Of a stretch of DNA of 64,000 nucleotides, positions 1 through 12,131 are shown in pieces. The DNA is from Fibrobacterales bacterium (GTDB taxonomy: Bacteria; Fibrobacterota; Fibrobacteria; Fibrobacterales; JAOPTW01). Each line of letters begins with the position of its first letter. Position 1 is the stretch's first letter. A program made the position numbers and the translations under genes. The notes beneath the pieces are model-generated. The model did no database searches. It saw only the letters and a program-made list of their open reading frames with translations, and was not told the DNA's origin. The DNA lies in assembly GCA_051532055.1 (NCBI GenBank), contig JAOPTX010000017.1, positions 4,628 to 68,627 on the forward strand, written 5' to 3'.

Positions 1-1
1 A

Positions 2-2413
2 TCACAGTTGTCGCAGTTTATGGACCAAACTAATCCACTTGCAGAACTTACACATAAAAGAAGAATGTCGGCATTAGGACCTGGTGGACTTACTCGTGAA
101 CGCGCAGGTTTTGAAGTCCGTGACGTTCACCATACACACTATGGTCGTCTTTGTCCTATTGAAACTCCAGAGGGACCAAATATTGGTCTTATTAACTCAC
201 TTGCAATGTATGCTGTGGTAAACCGATTTGGTTTTCTTGAAACTCCATACCGCATAGTTAAAGATGGAAAAGTAACAGAAGAAATTATTTATCTTACAGC
301 TGATAAAGAAGACAATTATATTATTGCTCCTGCTTCAACTGAACTAAATGATGATCAAGAATTTATTATGGATTATCCAATCGTAAGAAGTTCTGGTGAA
401 TTCCCGATTGTACCAAAAGCTCAGATCCAATTAATGGACGTATCTACAAAACAGATTGTATCTGTTGCTGCAGGTCTAATTCCATTCCTTGAGCATGATG
501 ATGCGAACCGTGCACTTATGGGATCAAACATGCAACGTCAAGCTGTACCACTTCTTCGCTCAGAAGCACCACACGTTGGTACCGGTTTGGAAGGTCGCGC
601 TGCTACCGATTCAGGAACAATTATTATAGCAAATAATTCAGGTGTTGTAGTGGAACTAGATTCTGCTCACATTGTTATTAAACGTGATGATACTGACTCG
701 ATAGAAGATAAATTTCTTGATATTCCAGAGTATGATCGTTATATACTCAGAAAATTTGAACGTTCAAATCAAGACTCTTGTCTTAATCAACGTCCATTAG
801 TTAAAAATGGTGAAACTGTCATAAAAGGGCAAGTTATTGCTGACGGTTCGTCAACTCAAAATGGTGAGCTTGCACTTGGGAAAAATATCCTTATAGCATT
901 CCTTCCATGGTACGGTTATAACTTTGAAGATGCGATCATTATTTCTGAAGAACTTAGAAAAAATGATACATTCACATCGATTCATATCGAACAATTTGAG
1001 CTTGAAGTTCGTGACACTAAGCGTGGACCAGAAGAACTTACACGTGAAATACCAAATGTTTCAGAAGAGGCTGTACGCAACCTTGATGAGGCTGGTGTTA
1101 TTCGTATCGGAGCTGAAATTGAACCCGGTGATATTCTCGTTGGTAAAATCACTCCTAAAGGTGAAACTGAGTTATCACCAGAAGAGCGACTCTTACGTGC
1201 AATTTTTGGTGAAAAAGCTGGAGACGTAAAAGATTCATCAATGAAAGCCCCTCCTGGACTTAAAGGTGTGGTTGTAGAGACTCGAGTATTCTCCCGTAAA
1301 GAGCGTGATAAAAAAACAAAAATTGAAGATAAAGAAAAAATCGAGCGTATTAAAGACGATATTGGAAATAGAATCCAAGAAGTTATTCGTGCGCGTGATC
1401 ACAAATTAGTTGAGCTTCTTGTTGGCCAAGAGAGTGGTGAAGTACGTGATGGTACCACCAATGAAATTCTTGTAGGTAAAGGAAAGAAATATACTGATAA
1501 AACGGTGATGAAAATTAACTTTTCTGACATTTCTAATGACTCTGTATTCTCTACGGAAGATGGTATTAACGACGAGTCAGTCAGAGTTGTTACTCAGTCA
1601 AATGCAATGATCCAAAAACTTGAAGATACTCTTGATAAAGAGATTGATAAAGTGGTTCGTGGTGATGAATTGAAACCTGGCGTACTCCAACTCGTTAAAG
1701 TGTATGTTGCTAAAAAACGTAAACTTAATGTTGGTGATAAAATGGCTGGTCGTCATGGAAATAAAGGTGTTATTTCTAAGATTGTTCCCGTTGAAGATAT
1801 GCCTTTTACCGAAGATGGACGTCCAGTTCAGATTCTTCTTAATCCACTAGGTGTACCATCGCGTATGAATGTGGGTCAGGTACTAGAAGTGCATTTAGGA
1901 TGGGCAGCTCAAGCTCTCGGAATTAACGTGGCTACTCCAGTATTTGATGGCGCTTCTTACGATCACATTACTGATTGTTTAGTAGAAGCTGGTTTACCAA
2001 AATCAGGTAAATCAAAACTCATCGACGGGAAAACAGGTGTTGCTTTTGATACCCCAGTTACTGTTGGTGTGATGTACATGTTAAAACTAAATCACCTTGT
2101 TGATGATAAAATGCATGCGCGTTCTATTGGACCGTATTCATTGGTTACTCAACAACCATTGGGTGGTAAATCACAGTTTGGTGGTCAACGTTTTGGTGAG
2201 ATGGAAGTATGGGCAATGGAAGCATATGGTGCTGCATATACTCTACAAGAACTTCTCACCGTTAAGAGTGATGACGTTATGGGACGGTCTAAAATTTACG
2301 AGTCTATCGTAAAAGGTGAAAATACACCTGAGCCAGGTATCCCTGAGTCATTTAACGTTCTAATTAAAGAGATCCAGGCACTCTGCTTAGACGTAACTAT
2401 TGGAGATGAATAA
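2..2413 (+). CDS. rpoB: DNA-directed RNA polymerase beta subunit (5' end outside window)
   Basis: Open frame from position 2 ([13 protein letters not shown]...). Motifs [55 protein letters not shown]. Confidence 0.99.
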   Translation, partial: SQLSQFMDQTNPLAELTHKRRMSALGPGGLTRERAGFEVRDVHHTHYGRLCPIETPEGPNIGLINSLAMYAVVNRFGFLETPYRIVKDGKVTEEIIYLTADKEDNYIIAPASTELNDDQEFIMDYPIVRSSGEFPIVPKAQIQLMDVSTKQIVSVAAGLIPFLEHDDANRALMGSNMQRQAVPLLRSEAPHVGTGLEGRAATDSGTIIIANNSGVVVELDSAHIVIKRDDTDSIEDKFLDIPEYDRYILRKFERSNQDSCLNQRPLVKNGETVIKGQVIADGSSTQNGELALGKNILIAFLPWYGYNFEDAIIISEELRKNDTFTSIHIEQFELEVRDTKRGPEELTREIPNVSEEAVRNLDEAGVIRIGAEIEPGDILVGKITPKGETELSPEERLLRAIFGEKAGDVKDSSMKAPPGLKGVVVETRVFSRKERDKKTKIEDKEKIERIKDDIGNRIQEVIRARDHKLVELLVGQESGEVRDGTTNEILVGKGKKYTDKTVMKINFSDISNDSVFSTEDGINDESVRVVTQSNAMIQKLEDTLDKEIDKVVRGDELKPGVLQLVKVYVAKKRKLNVGDKMAGRHGNKGVISKIVPVEDMPFTEDGRPVQILLNPLGVPSRMNVGQVLEVHLGWAAQALGINVATPVFDGASYDHITDCLVEAGLPKSGKSKLIDGKTGVAFDTPVTVGVMYMLKLNHLVDDKMHARSIGPYSLVTQQPLGGKSQFGGQRFGEMEVWAMEAYGAAYTLQELLTVKSDDVMGRSKIYESIVKGENTPEPGIPESFNVLIKEIQALCLDVTIGDE

Positions 2414-2414
2414 T

Positions 2415-5400
2415 ATGAGTTTTGTACCAAATAATTTTGATACTGTTGAAAACAAGGGATCAATCTCTATTCAACTCGCATCTCCAGATGTGATCCGTAG
2501 CTGGTCATATGGTGAAGTGAGTAAGCCAGAAACCATCAATTACCGTTCATTTAAACCAGAACGTGATGGTCTCTTCTGTGAAAAAATCTTTGGCCCAGTT
2601 AAAAATTGGGAATGTAACTGTGGTAAATATAAACGTATTCGTTATCGTGGCGTTGTATGTGACCGTTGTGGAGTTGAAGTTACTCACTCAAAAGTTCGTC
2701 GTGAGCGCATGGGACATATTGAGTTAGCAATACCAGTTGTTCATATTTGGTTTTTTAAATCACTTCCATCAATGATTGGATCACTCCTCGCAGTTTCTAT
2801 GGCGAACCTCGAAAGAGTAATTTACTACGAGTCATATCTCGTACTTGATCCAGGTGACACTGAACTTAAAATTGGTGATCTCATTTCTGAAGATGATTAT
2901 ATTGATCTCGAAGAAGAGGGAAGAACCTTTGATGCGAAAATGGGTGGACCAGCAATTAAACAATTGCTTGCTAATATGGATCTTGACGAAATGTCAGAAG
3001 ACCTTAAGAGCCGCTTAAAAACTGATAAATCAGTTCAAAAGAAGGCTGATGCATTAAAACGTCTGAAAATTGTAGAGGCAATTCGTAAATCTGAGAACCG
3101 TCCTGAATGGATGGTAATCGATGTACTTCCAGTGATTCCTCCAGACCTTAGACCACTCGTTCCCCTTGAAGGTGGACGATTTGCAACATCTGATTTGAAC
3201 GATCTTTACCGCCGCGTAATTAATCGTAATAATCGTCTTAAAAAACTAATTGATATTAAAGCACCTGAAGTAATTCTTCGAAATGAAAAAAGAATGCTCC
3301 AGGAGTCGGTTGACGTACTATTTGATAATGGTAGAAGAACTTCATCTGTTAAAGGAGAAGGTCGTCGTCCATTAAAATCACTTTCGGATCTTTTGAAAGG
3401 TAAACAAGGTCGTTTCCGTCAGAATCTACTTGGTAAGCGTGTTGACTATTCAGGTCGTTCGGTTATCGTAGTGGGTCCAGAACTTAAAATGCATGAATGT
3501 GGTATTCCAAAGAATATGGCACTTGAGCTCTACAAACCATTTATCATTCAAAAACTTGAAGAAGAAGGGTATGTACACACTGTAAAGTCTGCAAAGAAAT
3601 TTGTTGAAAAAGAGCGCCCAGAGGTTTGGGATATTCTCGAAGAGATAATTGAAGACCATCCGGTACTTTTGAACCGTGCTCCAACACTTCACAGACTCGG
3701 TATTCAAGCTTTCTACCCTAAGTTGATTGAAGGTAAAGCAATACGTCTTCACCCACTCGTGTGCGCAGCGTTTAATGCTGACTTTGATGGTGACCAGATG
3801 GCTGTTCACCTTCCACTTAGTTTTGAAACACAACTTGAATGTCGTGTTATCATGCTTGCTTCAAACAATATTCTTCACCCTGCTTCAGGCAAACCAATTG
3901 CTGTTCCTTCTCAGGATATCGTTCTCGGACTTTATTACATCACTAAACATCGTCCTGGTGCTAAAGGTGAAGGCAGAGTATTTAATAGTGCAGAAGAAGC
4001 GCAACTTGCTTATGAGTCAGGGTACGTCACCCTTCATACAAGTATTAAAGTAAAATTTCTTGAAGACACAATAATTTATTCAGGGCATCTTGATAATGAA
4101 ACTGATGTTATTGATCAACATGGTGACAAACTTCACGTTTTAGCTGGTGGTCAGGTTGAGAATTGTACTCTCACAAAGAATGAGATCTTTACTACTACTG
4201 TAGGACGTCTCAACATTAATAAAATTATCGATCCAGATATGGGTTATGCAAATATTCTTTTCGACAAAAAGACCATCTCTAAATCTATTGATGATCTTTA
4301 CCGTCTAAAAGGTAATGCACGCACTGTACGCTTTCTTGATGATCTTAAAGACTTAGGATTTGCATGGGCAACTAAAGCAGGTACTTCTGCAGCTATTTGT
4401 GACATGATTATCCCACCAGAAAAACATACTATGATTACTGATACTCAAGAGAAAGTAGATAAAATCTATGACCTCTATGAAAATGGAGTGATCACAGACG
4501 GTGAGCGATATAACCAAATTGTTGATGCATGGTCACACACTACAAATGATGTAGCAAATCTTCTTTTTGATAGACTTGCAAGTGACGATGATGGGTTTAA
4601 CCCAGTATATATGATGGCTGACTCAGGGGCAAGGGGTTCTCGCGAACAGATTAAACAGCTTTCTGGTATGCGTGGACTGATGCAGAAGCCTACTAAAAAA
4701 CTTGGTGGACAAGAGGTAATTGAAAATCCAATTAAGTCTTCATTCCGTGAAGGTCTGAATGTAATGGAATACTTTATCTCTACTCACGGTGCACGTAAAG
4801 GTCTCGCGGATACTGCACTTAAAACTGCAGATGCGGGTTATCTTACTCGTCGTCTTGTGGATGTAGCGCAAGATGTTGTAATCAACCAACATGACTGTGA
4901 AACTGCTCAAGGTATTATCATGCGTGCTATCAAAGATGGCGATGATGTAATCGAAGATCTTGACGAAAGAATTTTAGGTCGTATTCTTAATGACGATCTT
5001 ATTCACCCAGTTACTGAAGAAGTAATAGTTAAAGCGGGTGAGATGATTGTGGAAAAACATATTCCGCGTATTATCGAAACAGGAATTGATGAAGTTATGG
5101 TTCGTTCGGTACTTACGTGCGAAGCTAAAGTTGGTGTTTGTACACAGTGTTATGGTCGTAACCTTGCTAATGGTCGTCTTGCTGACCAAGGGCAAGCTGT
5201 TGGTGTTGTTGCAGCCCAGTCGATCGGTGAGCCAGGTACACAGCTTACACTTCGTACATTCCACATTGGTGGAGCTTCTTCACGTTTGACAATTGAGTCA
5301 TCGAAAAAAGCACCAGCTGATACAAAAGTTATTCTTGAACGTATTAATGTAGAAGAAGAAATTATCTACAAAGGCGATGATAACATCGTAGTATCACGTT

Positions 5401-6638
5401 CAGGTGAAATGATTCTTGAAGACGAACACGGTGTTGTACGTGGACGTTATCAGATTCCTTACGGGTCTTTTCTTCGTGTAGGACAAAATGAGCTTGTTAA
5501 AGAAGGACAAGTTCTTTTTGAATGGGATCCGTATCACAGCATGATTATTGCTACAAAAGCAGGTACTGTCGAATTCGAAGAACTCGTAAAAGACAAAACA
5601 ATGCTTGTCGAGTATGATGATGCAACAGGCATGGAAAACATTCGTGTAATGAGTGACAAAAAAGCGAAACTCAGACCACATATTAATGTTAATAATGCTC
5701 TGGGTGAAAGAGTTGCAAACTTTATGATGCCAGAAGGCGCATATTTAAGTATTGAAAATGGTCAAGAGATCAAAGCTGGTGAAATCCTTGCGAAACTGCC
5801 ACGTGCTGTAGGTAAGACAAAAGATATTACTGGTGGTCTCCCACGTGTTGCTGAACTTTTTGAAGCTCGTATTCCTAAAGCTCCAGCGGTAATTGCTCCA
5901 ATTGATGGTATTATCGAATATGGTGATATCGTTCGTGGTCAGCAAGTTATTTTTGTACGTGAAGAACTTGACGAAGAAGTAAAAGAGAAAGTGACAATTC
6001 CACGTGGTAAACACATCTTTGTACATGAATCAGAACGTGTTCATGCCGGTGATAAATTATGTGAAGGGTCAATTAATCCTCATGATATCTTGAGAGTTTT
6101 GGGCGTGAACGCTGTTCAAGAGTATCTAGTTCATGAAATCCAGGCGGTATATCGACTTCAAGGTGTAGCTATATCTGATAAACACATTGAGTGTATTGTC
6201 CGTCAAATGATGCGTAAAGTAAAAGTCAAAAATTCAGGTGATACAAACTTCCTCGAGCAGGAAGATGTTTCTAAAGCAGTTCTTAGAATACAGAACGAGA
6301 AAATGATTGAGCAGAGTTTATCTCCAGCTACATTTACTCCTATGCTCTTAGGAATTACGAAATCTTCACTTGGTACTGATAGTTTTATCTCTGCAGCATC
6401 GTTCCAGGAAACAACAAAAGTACTTACCCGTGCGGCTATCGAGGGTAAGAAAGATGACCTGGTTGGGCTTAAAGAAAATGTTATTATGGGTAGACTTATT
6501 CCTTCAGGAACCGGTTCTGCGCACCTCAAAAGGGTACGTGTCCGTGACTTAGATGCAGAAACTGCTGCAGAGGAAGAGCCTACTATTGAAGATATTCAAC
6601 CAATGGAAATTATCGAAGAATCACCCTTTAGAGAGTAA
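2415..6638 (+). CDS. rpoC: DNA-directed RNA polymerase beta' subunit
   Basis: [10 protein letters not shown] catalytic motif, Zn finger CNCGKYK...[23 protein letters not shown] at 2415 with GGAG at 2402-2405. Confidence 0.99.
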   Translation: MSFVPNNFDTVENKGSISIQLASPDVIRSWSYGEVSKPETINYRSFKPERDGLFCEKIFGPVKNWECNCGKYKRIRYRGVVCDRCGVEVTHSKVRRERMGHIELAIPVVHIWFFKSLPSMIGSLLAVSMANLERVIYYESYLVLDPGDTELKIGDLISEDDYIDLEEEGRTFDAKMGGPAIKQLLANMDLDEMSEDLKSRLKTDKSVQKKADALKRLKIVEAIRKSENRPEWMVIDVLPVIPPDLRPLVPLEGGRFATSDLNDLYRRVINRNNRLKKLIDIKAPEVILRNEKRMLQESVDVLFDNGRRTSSVKGEGRRPLKSLSDLLKGKQGRFRQNLLGKRVDYSGRSVIVVGPELKMHECGIPKNMALELYKPFIIQKLEEEGYVHTVKSAKKFVEKERPEVWDILEEIIEDHPVLLNRAPTLHRLGIQAFYPKLIEGKAIRLHPLVCAAFNADFDGDQMAVHLPLSFETQLECRVIMLASNNILHPASGKPIAVPSQDIVLGLYYITKHRPGAKGEGRVFNSAEEAQLAYESGYVTLHTSIKVKFLEDTIIYSGHLDNETDVIDQHGDKLHVLAGGQVENCTLTKNEIFTTTVGRLNINKIIDPDMGYANILFDKKTISKSIDDLYRLKGNARTVRFLDDLKDLGFAWATKAGTSAAICDMIIPPEKHTMITDTQEKVDKIYDLYENGVITDGERYNQIVDAWSHTTNDVANLLFDRLASDDDGFNPVYMMADSGARGSREQIKQLSGMRGLMQKPTKKLGGQEVIENPIKSSFREGLNVMEYFISTHGARKGLADTALKTADAGYLTRRLVDVAQDVVINQHDCETAQGIIMRAIKDGDDVIEDLDERILGRILNDDLIHPVTEEVIVKAGEMIVEKHIPRIIETGIDEVMVRSVLTCEAKVGVCTQCYGRNLANGRLADQGQAVGVVAAQSIGEPGTQLTLRTFHIGGASSRLTIESSKKAPADTKVILERINVEEEIIYKGDDNIVVSRSGEMILEDEHGVVRGRYQIPYGSFLRVGQNELVKEGQVLFEWDPYHSMIIATKAGTVEFEELVKDKTMLVEYDDATGMENIRVMSDKKAKLRPHINVNNALGERVANFMMPEGAYLSIENGQEIKAGEILAKLPRAVGKTKDITGGLPRVAELFEARIPKAPAVIAPIDGIIEYGDIVRGQQVIFVREELDEEVKEKVTIPRGKHIFVHESERVHAGDKLCEGSINPHDILRVLGVNAVQEYLVHEIQAVYRLQGVAISDKHIECIVRQMMRKVKVKNSGDTNFLEQEDVSKAVLRIQNEKMIEQSLSPATFTPMLLGITKSSLGTDSFISAASFQETTKVLTRAAIEGKKDDLVGLKENVIMGRLIPSGTGSAHLKRVRVRDLDAETAAEEEPTIEDIQPMEIIEESPFRE

Positions 6639-6766
6639 TTTCTTCGTAAGTTGAGTTAATTGAGGGATTTATGCAAGGATTATATGTAAAATAACTCCTT
6701 GCACCCTTTCAAAGGGTTGCCAATTATATTAACTTTACACCCACTAAAATTTAGGAGCAACATTAA

Positions 6767-7147
6767 GTGCCAACGGTAAATCAATTAGTTAGAAAAGGCA
6801 GAAAGAAGGTCATTACTGGAACCAACTCTCCTGCCCTTAAAAATTGCCCTCAGAAAAGAGGCGTGTGTACTCGTGTATACACAACTACACCTAAAAAACC
6901 AAACTCTGCTCTACGTAAAATTGCACGAGTTCGCCTTTCGAATAAGTTTGAAGTGACTTGTTATATTCCTGGTGAAGGTCATAACCTTCAGGAACACTCA
7001 ATTGTACTTATTCGCGGTGGCCGAGTTAAAGACGTTCCAGGTGTTCGTTATCACATCGTTCGTGGTACACTGGATACTCAAGGTGTTAATGATCGTAAAC
7101 AATCTCGTTCAAAATACGGGGTTAAAAAACCTAAGGACAGTAAATAA
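6767..7147 (+). CDS. rpsL: 30S ribosomal protein S12
   Basis: [29 protein letters not shown] motifs. GTG start after AGGAG. Confidence 0.99.
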   Translation: MPTVNQLVRKGRKKVITGTNSPALKNCPQKRGVCTRVYTTTPKKPNSALRKIARVRLSNKFEVTCYIPGEGHNLQEHSIVLIRGGRVKDVPGVRYHIVRGTLDTQGVNDRKQSRSKYGVKKPKDSK

Positions 7148-7623
7148 TGGCTAGACGTAGATCCGCGGTAAAACGCGAAAGGTTACCTGATCCAAAATTT
7201 AGTTCAGTTCTTGTTACCGAGTTAATCGGTACTGTTCTAAAAAAAGGTAAAAAAACAGTTGCAGAGAAAATAGTATACTCTGCTCTTGATCAAATGCATT
7301 CAAAGATTGAAGGTGAAGAGTCTATCAAAGAGAAACTCGAAACCTGTCTTTCTAACATCAGACCAACTCTTGAAGTTAAATCAAGAAGAGTCGGTGGATC
7401 AACTTACCAAGTACCTATAGAGGTTCCTGGTAATCGTTCAAAAGCACTGGCACTTCGTTGGTTACTTGAAGCATCACGCGGTAGAAATGAGAAAGATATG
7501 GCTCAACGTCTAGCGAGTGAGCTTGTTCAAGCGTATAATAATGAAGGTAATGCAGTACGTAGACGTGTTGATACACATAAAATGGCTGACGCGAATAAAG
7601 CATTTGCTCATTTTAGATGGTAG
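7147..7623 (+). CDS. rpsG: 30S ribosomal protein S7
   Basis: EVKSRRVGGSTYQVPIEV, HKMADANKAFAHFRW. Overlaps the rpsL stop. Confidence 0.99.
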   Translation: MARRRSAVKRERLPDPKFSSVLVTELIGTVLKKGKKTVAEKIVYSALDQMHSKIEGEESIKEKLETCLSNIRPTLEVKSRRVGGSTYQVPIEVPGNRSKALALRWLLEASRGRNEKDMAQRLASELVQAYNNEGNAVRRRVDTHKMADANKAFAHFRW

Positions 7624-7645
7624 ACTAAATTACGATAGAATTACT

Positions 7646-7677
7646 AAAAGCCTTGATATTCTATCAAGGCTTTTTTT
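7646..7677 (+). terminator. Intrinsic terminator after rpsG
   Basis: AAAAGCCTTGATA-TTC-TATCAAGGCTTTT hairpin followed by a T run. Confidence 0.9.
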
Positions 7678-7715
7678 ATTTTCAAAAGAGCTAACACATA
7701 AGAATGGTATAACGT

Positions 7716-7976
7716 ATGACATTTGAAGAGATACTCGAAGTAGTAAAGAAAAGAAAACAAGAAATGCCCGAAGGAAGCTGGACTACAAAATTATTTGAAA
7801 AAGGCGCTCATGGTATAGGTAAGAAACTTGTTGAAGAAGCTGCCGAAAGCTGGATGGCTGCACGATTTGAGTCAAAAGAGGAATGTGCAGAAGAACTCTC
7901 TCAGGTCATGTACTACGTAGCTTGTATGATGGCAGAAAAAGATATTTCAATTGATGAGGTTTATAAGACATTATGA
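7716..7976 (+). CDS. hisE: Phosphoribosyl-ATP pyrophosphatase
   Basis: PEGSWT, KKLVEEAAE, EELSQ motifs; 86 aa; coupled to hisG. Confidence 0.93.
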   Translation: MTFEEILEVVKKRKQEMPEGSWTTKLFEKGAHGIGKKLVEEAAESWMAARFESKEECAEELSQVMYYVACMMAEKDISIDEVYKTL

Positions 7977-8815
7977 TTAAAATGGCTCTTCCTAACAAAG
8001 GTCAACTATTTGAACCAACCATTGAACTCCTGAAAGAGTGTGGATATAAGGCAAAAAAATCAAGAAAATCTTTAACATGTATAGATGTTGAAAATGATAT
8101 TGAGTTTTACTTTTTGCGACCTTATGATATTCCAATGTATGTTGCAGAAGGAATAATCGATTTAGGTGTTACTGGGATCGATTTTAATGAAGAACGATGT
8201 GGCAAGGCGACTAAAGTTATGGATCTTCATTTTGGCCATTCTAAGCTCTGTGCAGCCGTACCTAATGAAAGTGACTACAAAGACATTATGGACCTTAAAA
8301 GTGCTCGCATAGCGACTTCTTTTCCAAATACAACTAAGAATTTCTTTGATTCCCCAGATATGCCAATTATAGAGTTAGAAGGTGCCGTTGAAATTTCGGT
8401 CAAATTAGGTATTGCTGATGCTGTAGTAGATATTGTTGAGACAGGTTCAACACTAAAACAGGCAGGACTCCGTTTGATTGGGGAACCAATGTCATATTCA
8501 AATGCTGCTATCTATGCCCATCCTGGAAGAGAAACAAGCCCTGAGCTTTTAAAGCTACAAAAAAGAATTACCGGTAAGCTTGTTGCATTGGATCATGTTA
8601 TGGTTGAGTACGACGCTCCAAAAGGGTCACTTGAAGCAGTATGTAGGGTTACTCCCGGTATTGAATCTCCAACGGTGATACCACTTCATGACCCTGCATG
8701 GTACTCAGTAAAATCTATGATAAAAAAATCTGAGTCAAATGTTATAATGGATAAATTGTCAGAACTCGGATGTAAAGGCGTCATCATTACTGCTATTGAG
8801 AGTGCTAGAATTTAA
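7973..8815 (+). CDS. hisG: ATP phosphoribosyltransferase, long form
   Basis: ALPNKG, LRPYDIP, EGAVE, DIVETGSTL and C-terminal regulatory domain (TPGIESPTV). Confidence 0.97.
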   Translation: MIKMALPNKGQLFEPTIELLKECGYKAKKSRKSLTCIDVENDIEFYFLRPYDIPMYVAEGIIDLGVTGIDFNEERCGKATKVMDLHFGHSKLCAAVPNESDYKDIMDLKSARIATSFPNTTKNFFDSPDMPIIELEGAVEISVKLGIADAVVDIVETGSTLKQAGLRLIGEPMSYSNAAIYAHPGRETSPELLKLQKRITGKLVALDHVMVEYDAPKGSLEAVCRVTPGIESPTVIPLHDPAWYSVKSMIKKSESNVIMDKLSELGCKGVIITAIESARI

Positions 8816-8840
8816 AAGTATTACCTTAATTACTACAGTG

Positions 8841-8868
8841 GCTGTTATCGAAAAGGTAGCAGCTTTTT
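8841..8868 (+). terminator. Probable intrinsic terminator after hisG
   Basis: GCTGTTATC-GAAAA-GGTAGCAGC stem (with G-U pairs) followed by TTTTT. Confidence 0.65.
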
Positions 8869-8908
8869 ATTATTAAATAATCAAGAATAGGCAATTAAAC
8901 TGAATTAC

Positions 8909-9763
8909 CTATTCTGTAGTATACATGCTCCGATATTCTTTGGGGGTTTTTGATGTTTCTTGTTTGAATTTTTTGCAAAAATAGGCTGTGTCATTAAATC
9001 CACATTGTTCTGCAATTTCGGAAATAGAGACGTTTTGATTGTTCAATAGTGTTATGGCAGAATTAATTTTTCTTTTAAGAAGATACTCGTTATATGTGAG
9101 ATCAAAATACGATTTAAAAAGTCTAGAAAAATGAAATTTTGAAAGATTACATAGCAATGCAGCATTATCAAGAGGTAGGTTATATATCGAATTTTCTTCT
9201 AGGTGTTTCAGCAGTGGTGTAAACTGAAGAATTCCCTTAGTGGGCCGATTTGGTGCGATTTCTAAAATTGGGGCTTGCCGAATCTGGTCTAACACTAGTT
9301 GTAAAATGAGGCTAATTATCCGTTGCGCAAGGGTTCTATTTTCAGATTGATACACCTCTTGATACCAATCGAAAAGATAGTCAAAATGCCGATTTATTTC
9401 GTTTGTTAGAATCGATACAGAAGGAGTATGAAATATTTCTTTTACTTGTCCAAAATGATACGCTGTGAGAAGTGTCGGTTCAAACTGAAGGAGTGACCAC
9501 GAACGACGTGTTTCTGTGGGGAATCTTATATCATGTACTGACATTGATGGTATAAATACTAAGGTATTTGGTACCAAGTCATATTCGATTCCATCAATAC
9601 TTAAAACTCCATCCGATACATAATCGTATTTTATGATCTCATGAAGTTTGTGAAAGTGGGTAAAATTCCAGAATGTATCTTCCGGTTCTTGATCTACCCG
9701 TGACAGATATACATGATGACTAGAGTCAGGGGTAATATTTTCATATTGAATAGGTGTAGTCAT
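8909..9763 (-). CDS. AraC family transcriptional regulator
   Basis: N-terminal cupin-like HFHKLHE; C-terminal double HTH (LSKFHFSRLFK...ISEIAEQCGFNDTAYFCKKFK...TPKEYR). Confidence 0.93.
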   Translation of the reverse strand: MTTPIQYENITPDSSHHVYLSRVDQEPEDTFWNFTHFHKLHEIIKYDYVSDGVLSIDGIEYDLVPNTLVFIPSMSVHDIRFPTETRRSWSLLQFEPTLLTAYHFGQVKEIFHTPSVSILTNEINRHFDYLFDWYQEVYQSENRTLAQRIISLILQLVLDQIRQAPILEIAPNRPTKGILQFTPLLKHLEENSIYNLPLDNAALLCNLSKFHFSRLFKSYFDLTYNEYLLKRKINSAITLLNNQNVSISEIAEQCGFNDTAYFCKKFKQETSKTPKEYRSMYTTE

Positions 9764-9826
9764 AAATAATTATGCGTATTGATAGAACGTCGTAATTACA
9801 GATATAATAAAGAGTCGTGGTAAAAA

Positions 9827-10792
9827 CTAGAGCAGGTTACGACGTTGAAGAGATTCAATTAAAGTTGGTGGGAGCCATTTAAGCATAGGCTTATACTGAG
9901 ATTTTTTTAATTGTTTTAAATAAGTTGCTGCTTGTGTATTTTCATTAATTTGGGTATGAAATAGTGCGAGATTGGCTAGGGCGCAGAGGTACCTGACTGA
10001 TCCTGGAGCGATTGCAGAGTATTCGGTTAAGCTATTTTTATAGATATCAATTGCTTTTTGTATATCTCCTTGGGTGTAGTAGAAGTCAGCGAGTATTTGG
10101 TGAGAGATTCGGTCATCAGGAAAACTTATTAATAGTTTTTTTATGAGAGCTATTGCATCTCCATATCGTTTTTCTTCTAGATAGATCCAACTTAACGTAT
10201 GTATAAAATATTTTTTAAACCAGCGGGATGCGTGAGCACCCTTTGCAAGTGGTTGTATATATTCCTTTGCGTTAGAGAAGGGAACCCATGACAACGACAG
10301 CTCGATATAATAATGGTATATTGCAGAAAATGCCTGTGCATCTGTATTTTGAGTGAGGCGGGCAAGGTTATTTGAAGCAGATCGAATTTGTAAGGCAGCT
10401 GATACTGATTTGCCTTGTAATTCGTTTACATAGGCTCTTTGTAAACGAATAAGGTTAAGCCAGAAGAGTGAATGGTTACTTTCTTCTATTTGATTAAAAT
10501 AGTGTTCACAAGGAGAAAGAATCGAATCGGCAACGAGTACATCTGTACTATCACCTAAATCATCAAAACGGTTAATGTAGACAATTGCTATGAATGTTTG
10601 AATTGTCATTTGATGGAGTGTAGATGGAGGGTTTTTAACGGAATATGATTCTAAAAGGGTAATTGCTTTAGAGTATTGCTGGTTATTTGAAAGGGTTACT
10701 GCTGAGTCCAAAAGAGGGTAATGAGTTTGTTTACTGTGTGCAAGAGAGATTAAGTGAAATACAAAGAATAGAGTGTGGATATATTTGGTCAT
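9827..10792 (-). CDS. Secreted tetratricopeptide-repeat protein
   Basis: Signal-peptide-like N-terminus; TPR-like helices (LADFYYTQGDIQKAIDIY). Confidence 0.7.
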   Translation of the reverse strand: MTKYIHTLFFVFHLISLAHSKQTHYPLLDSAVTLSNNQQYSKAITLLESYSVKNPPSTLHQMTIQTFIAIVYINRFDDLGDSTDVLVADSILSPCEHYFNQIEESNHSLFWLNLIRLQRAYVNELQGKSVSAALQIRSASNNLARLTQNTDAQAFSAIYHYYIELSLSWVPFSNAKEYIQPLAKGAHASRWFKKYFIHTLSWIYLEEKRYGDAIALIKKLLISFPDDRISHQILADFYYTQGDIQKAIDIYKNSLTEYSAIAPGSVRYLCALANLALFHTQINENTQAATYLKQLKKSQYKPMLKWLPPTLIESLQRRNLL

Positions 10793-10845
10793 TGTTTTAT
10801 ATATAGCTATTATTTAATGGATAGGTATGAGAAATTGGTTTGAAA

Positions 10846-11565
10846 ATGACTACACAATCAAGTGGGCCACAGATTATAGGGTTGGTAACACCAGAGGTGT
10901 TTTTTGATGGAAATTTTAAGTTACAAGATGAAATAGCACTCTGTGATATACTTGAAATTAGATACGATCTTTTTGAAAACCTGTCAGAGTGGAAATATAT
11001 AGCACCCGCAGTCCGAGCTTCGTTTAGTGATAAAGAAATCATTGGAACTATAAGATTAGAATCAGATGGAGGGGCATTTGATAATGGCTTTGTAGAAAAA
11101 CGTAACACAATACTTTATGAGTTAATGCTTCTTGGAAAATGGGATTGGGTTGACATTGAGTATGAAAACATGAATATCATTCCCTCCTTCATAAAAGAAG
11201 CTCGTAATACCGAAACTAAAATTATAACGTCACATCATAATTTCAATGCTGCTTATTCTAGAGAAGAGTACATTGCAAAATCGATGAAAATGACAGGAGC
11301 AGGAAGTGATGCTATTAAGTTTTCAGTCATGGTTTCTACTGAAGAGGAATTAAAGTCACTCTATCGCTTTGTTGAAGAGAATGAAAATAGAGAGTTGAAG
11401 TTACCACTCTTTAGTGTTTTTTCTATGGGGGAGTTTGCTCAATCAACTCGAGTAAAGATGCCGACGCTTGGAGCACCATGTACATATGGTTTTTTTGGTG
11501 AGAATCAACCCGTTTCAGGGCAAATTAGTGTAAAAACTTTGTATCAAAAGCTTAAAAATGGATGA
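10846..11565 (+). CDS. aroD: Type I 3-dehydroquinate dehydratase
   Basis: DILEIRYD, TIRLESDGG, VDIE, SHHNF, SMGE...TR and GQIS motifs. Confidence 0.88.
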   Translation: MTTQSSGPQIIGLVTPEVFFDGNFKLQDEIALCDILEIRYDLFENLSEWKYIAPAVRASFSDKEIIGTIRLESDGGAFDNGFVEKRNTILYELMLLGKWDWVDIEYENMNIIPSFIKEARNTETKIITSHHNFNAAYSREEYIAKSMKMTGAGSDAIKFSVMVSTEEELKSLYRFVEENENRELKLPLFSVFSMGEFAQSTRVKMPTLGAPCTYGFFGENQPVSGQISVKTLYQKLKNG

Positions 11566-11659
11566 TTTTGGGCGCTTTTAAATAGGATCCTTAAAAGAAG
11601 CTTTTAAGTGCGGTTACAATTTCCTATACTTGGATCACAATTTTTTTGGGTAGCTAATT

Positions 11660-12124
11660 ATGAGACTTTCAGAACGACTCATTGAAGATGGTATTATTAT
11701 TAACTCTGTAAATAGAGAAAAAAATGCCCTCATTGAAGAACTTGTAGATACCCTTGTAAAAGCGTATGGCCTTGAGCATCGCGACTCTATTCTTGACTCT
11801 GTACTTGACCGTGAAAGCAAACTTTCTACAGGCATTGGTTGTGGTCTTGCAGTACCTCACGCTAAGATTGATCATATTGATAAAATGTATATGGTAGCGA
11901 TGAGCGTGAAAGAAGGCGTTGATTTTGAAGCAATTGATAAGGAACCGGTGTTTCTTTTCTTTTTGGTAATTTCTCCAAGTAGTACCGTAGGGCCCCACAT
12001 TAAGGCTCTATCATCTATCTCTCGTATAATGGCTGATGCAGAAGTTCGTCAACAGTTGGTTAACGCTGAGTCTACAAAAGAGTTCATTGACTTTCTTCTG
12101 ACCGCCGAAGAAAAATACCTCTAA
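11660..12124 (+). CDS. PTS system IIA component (fructose/nitrogen-regulatory type)
   Basis: RESKLSTGIGCGLAVPHA phospho-His motif; GVDFEAIDKEPV. Confidence 0.92.
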   Translation: MRLSERLIEDGIIINSVNREKNALIEELVDTLVKAYGLEHRDSILDSVLDRESKLSTGIGCGLAVPHAKIDHIDKMYMVAMSVKEGVDFEAIDKEPVFLFFLVISPSSTVGPHIKALSSISRIMADAEVRQQLVNAESTKEFIDFLLTAEEKYL

Positions 12125-12131
12125 ACGTTAC

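Noticed and set aside
8-90. Rifampicin-resistance alleles in rpoB; streptomycin alleles in rpsL
   Set aside because: The key residues (D, H, S in DQTN...THKRRMSAL; the Lys residues in PKKPN and RVKD) look wild type.
924-6552. Alternative-frame and antisense ORFs inside rpoB/rpoC and other long genes
   Set aside because: Shadow ORFs expected from codon bias; no RBS or recognisable domains.
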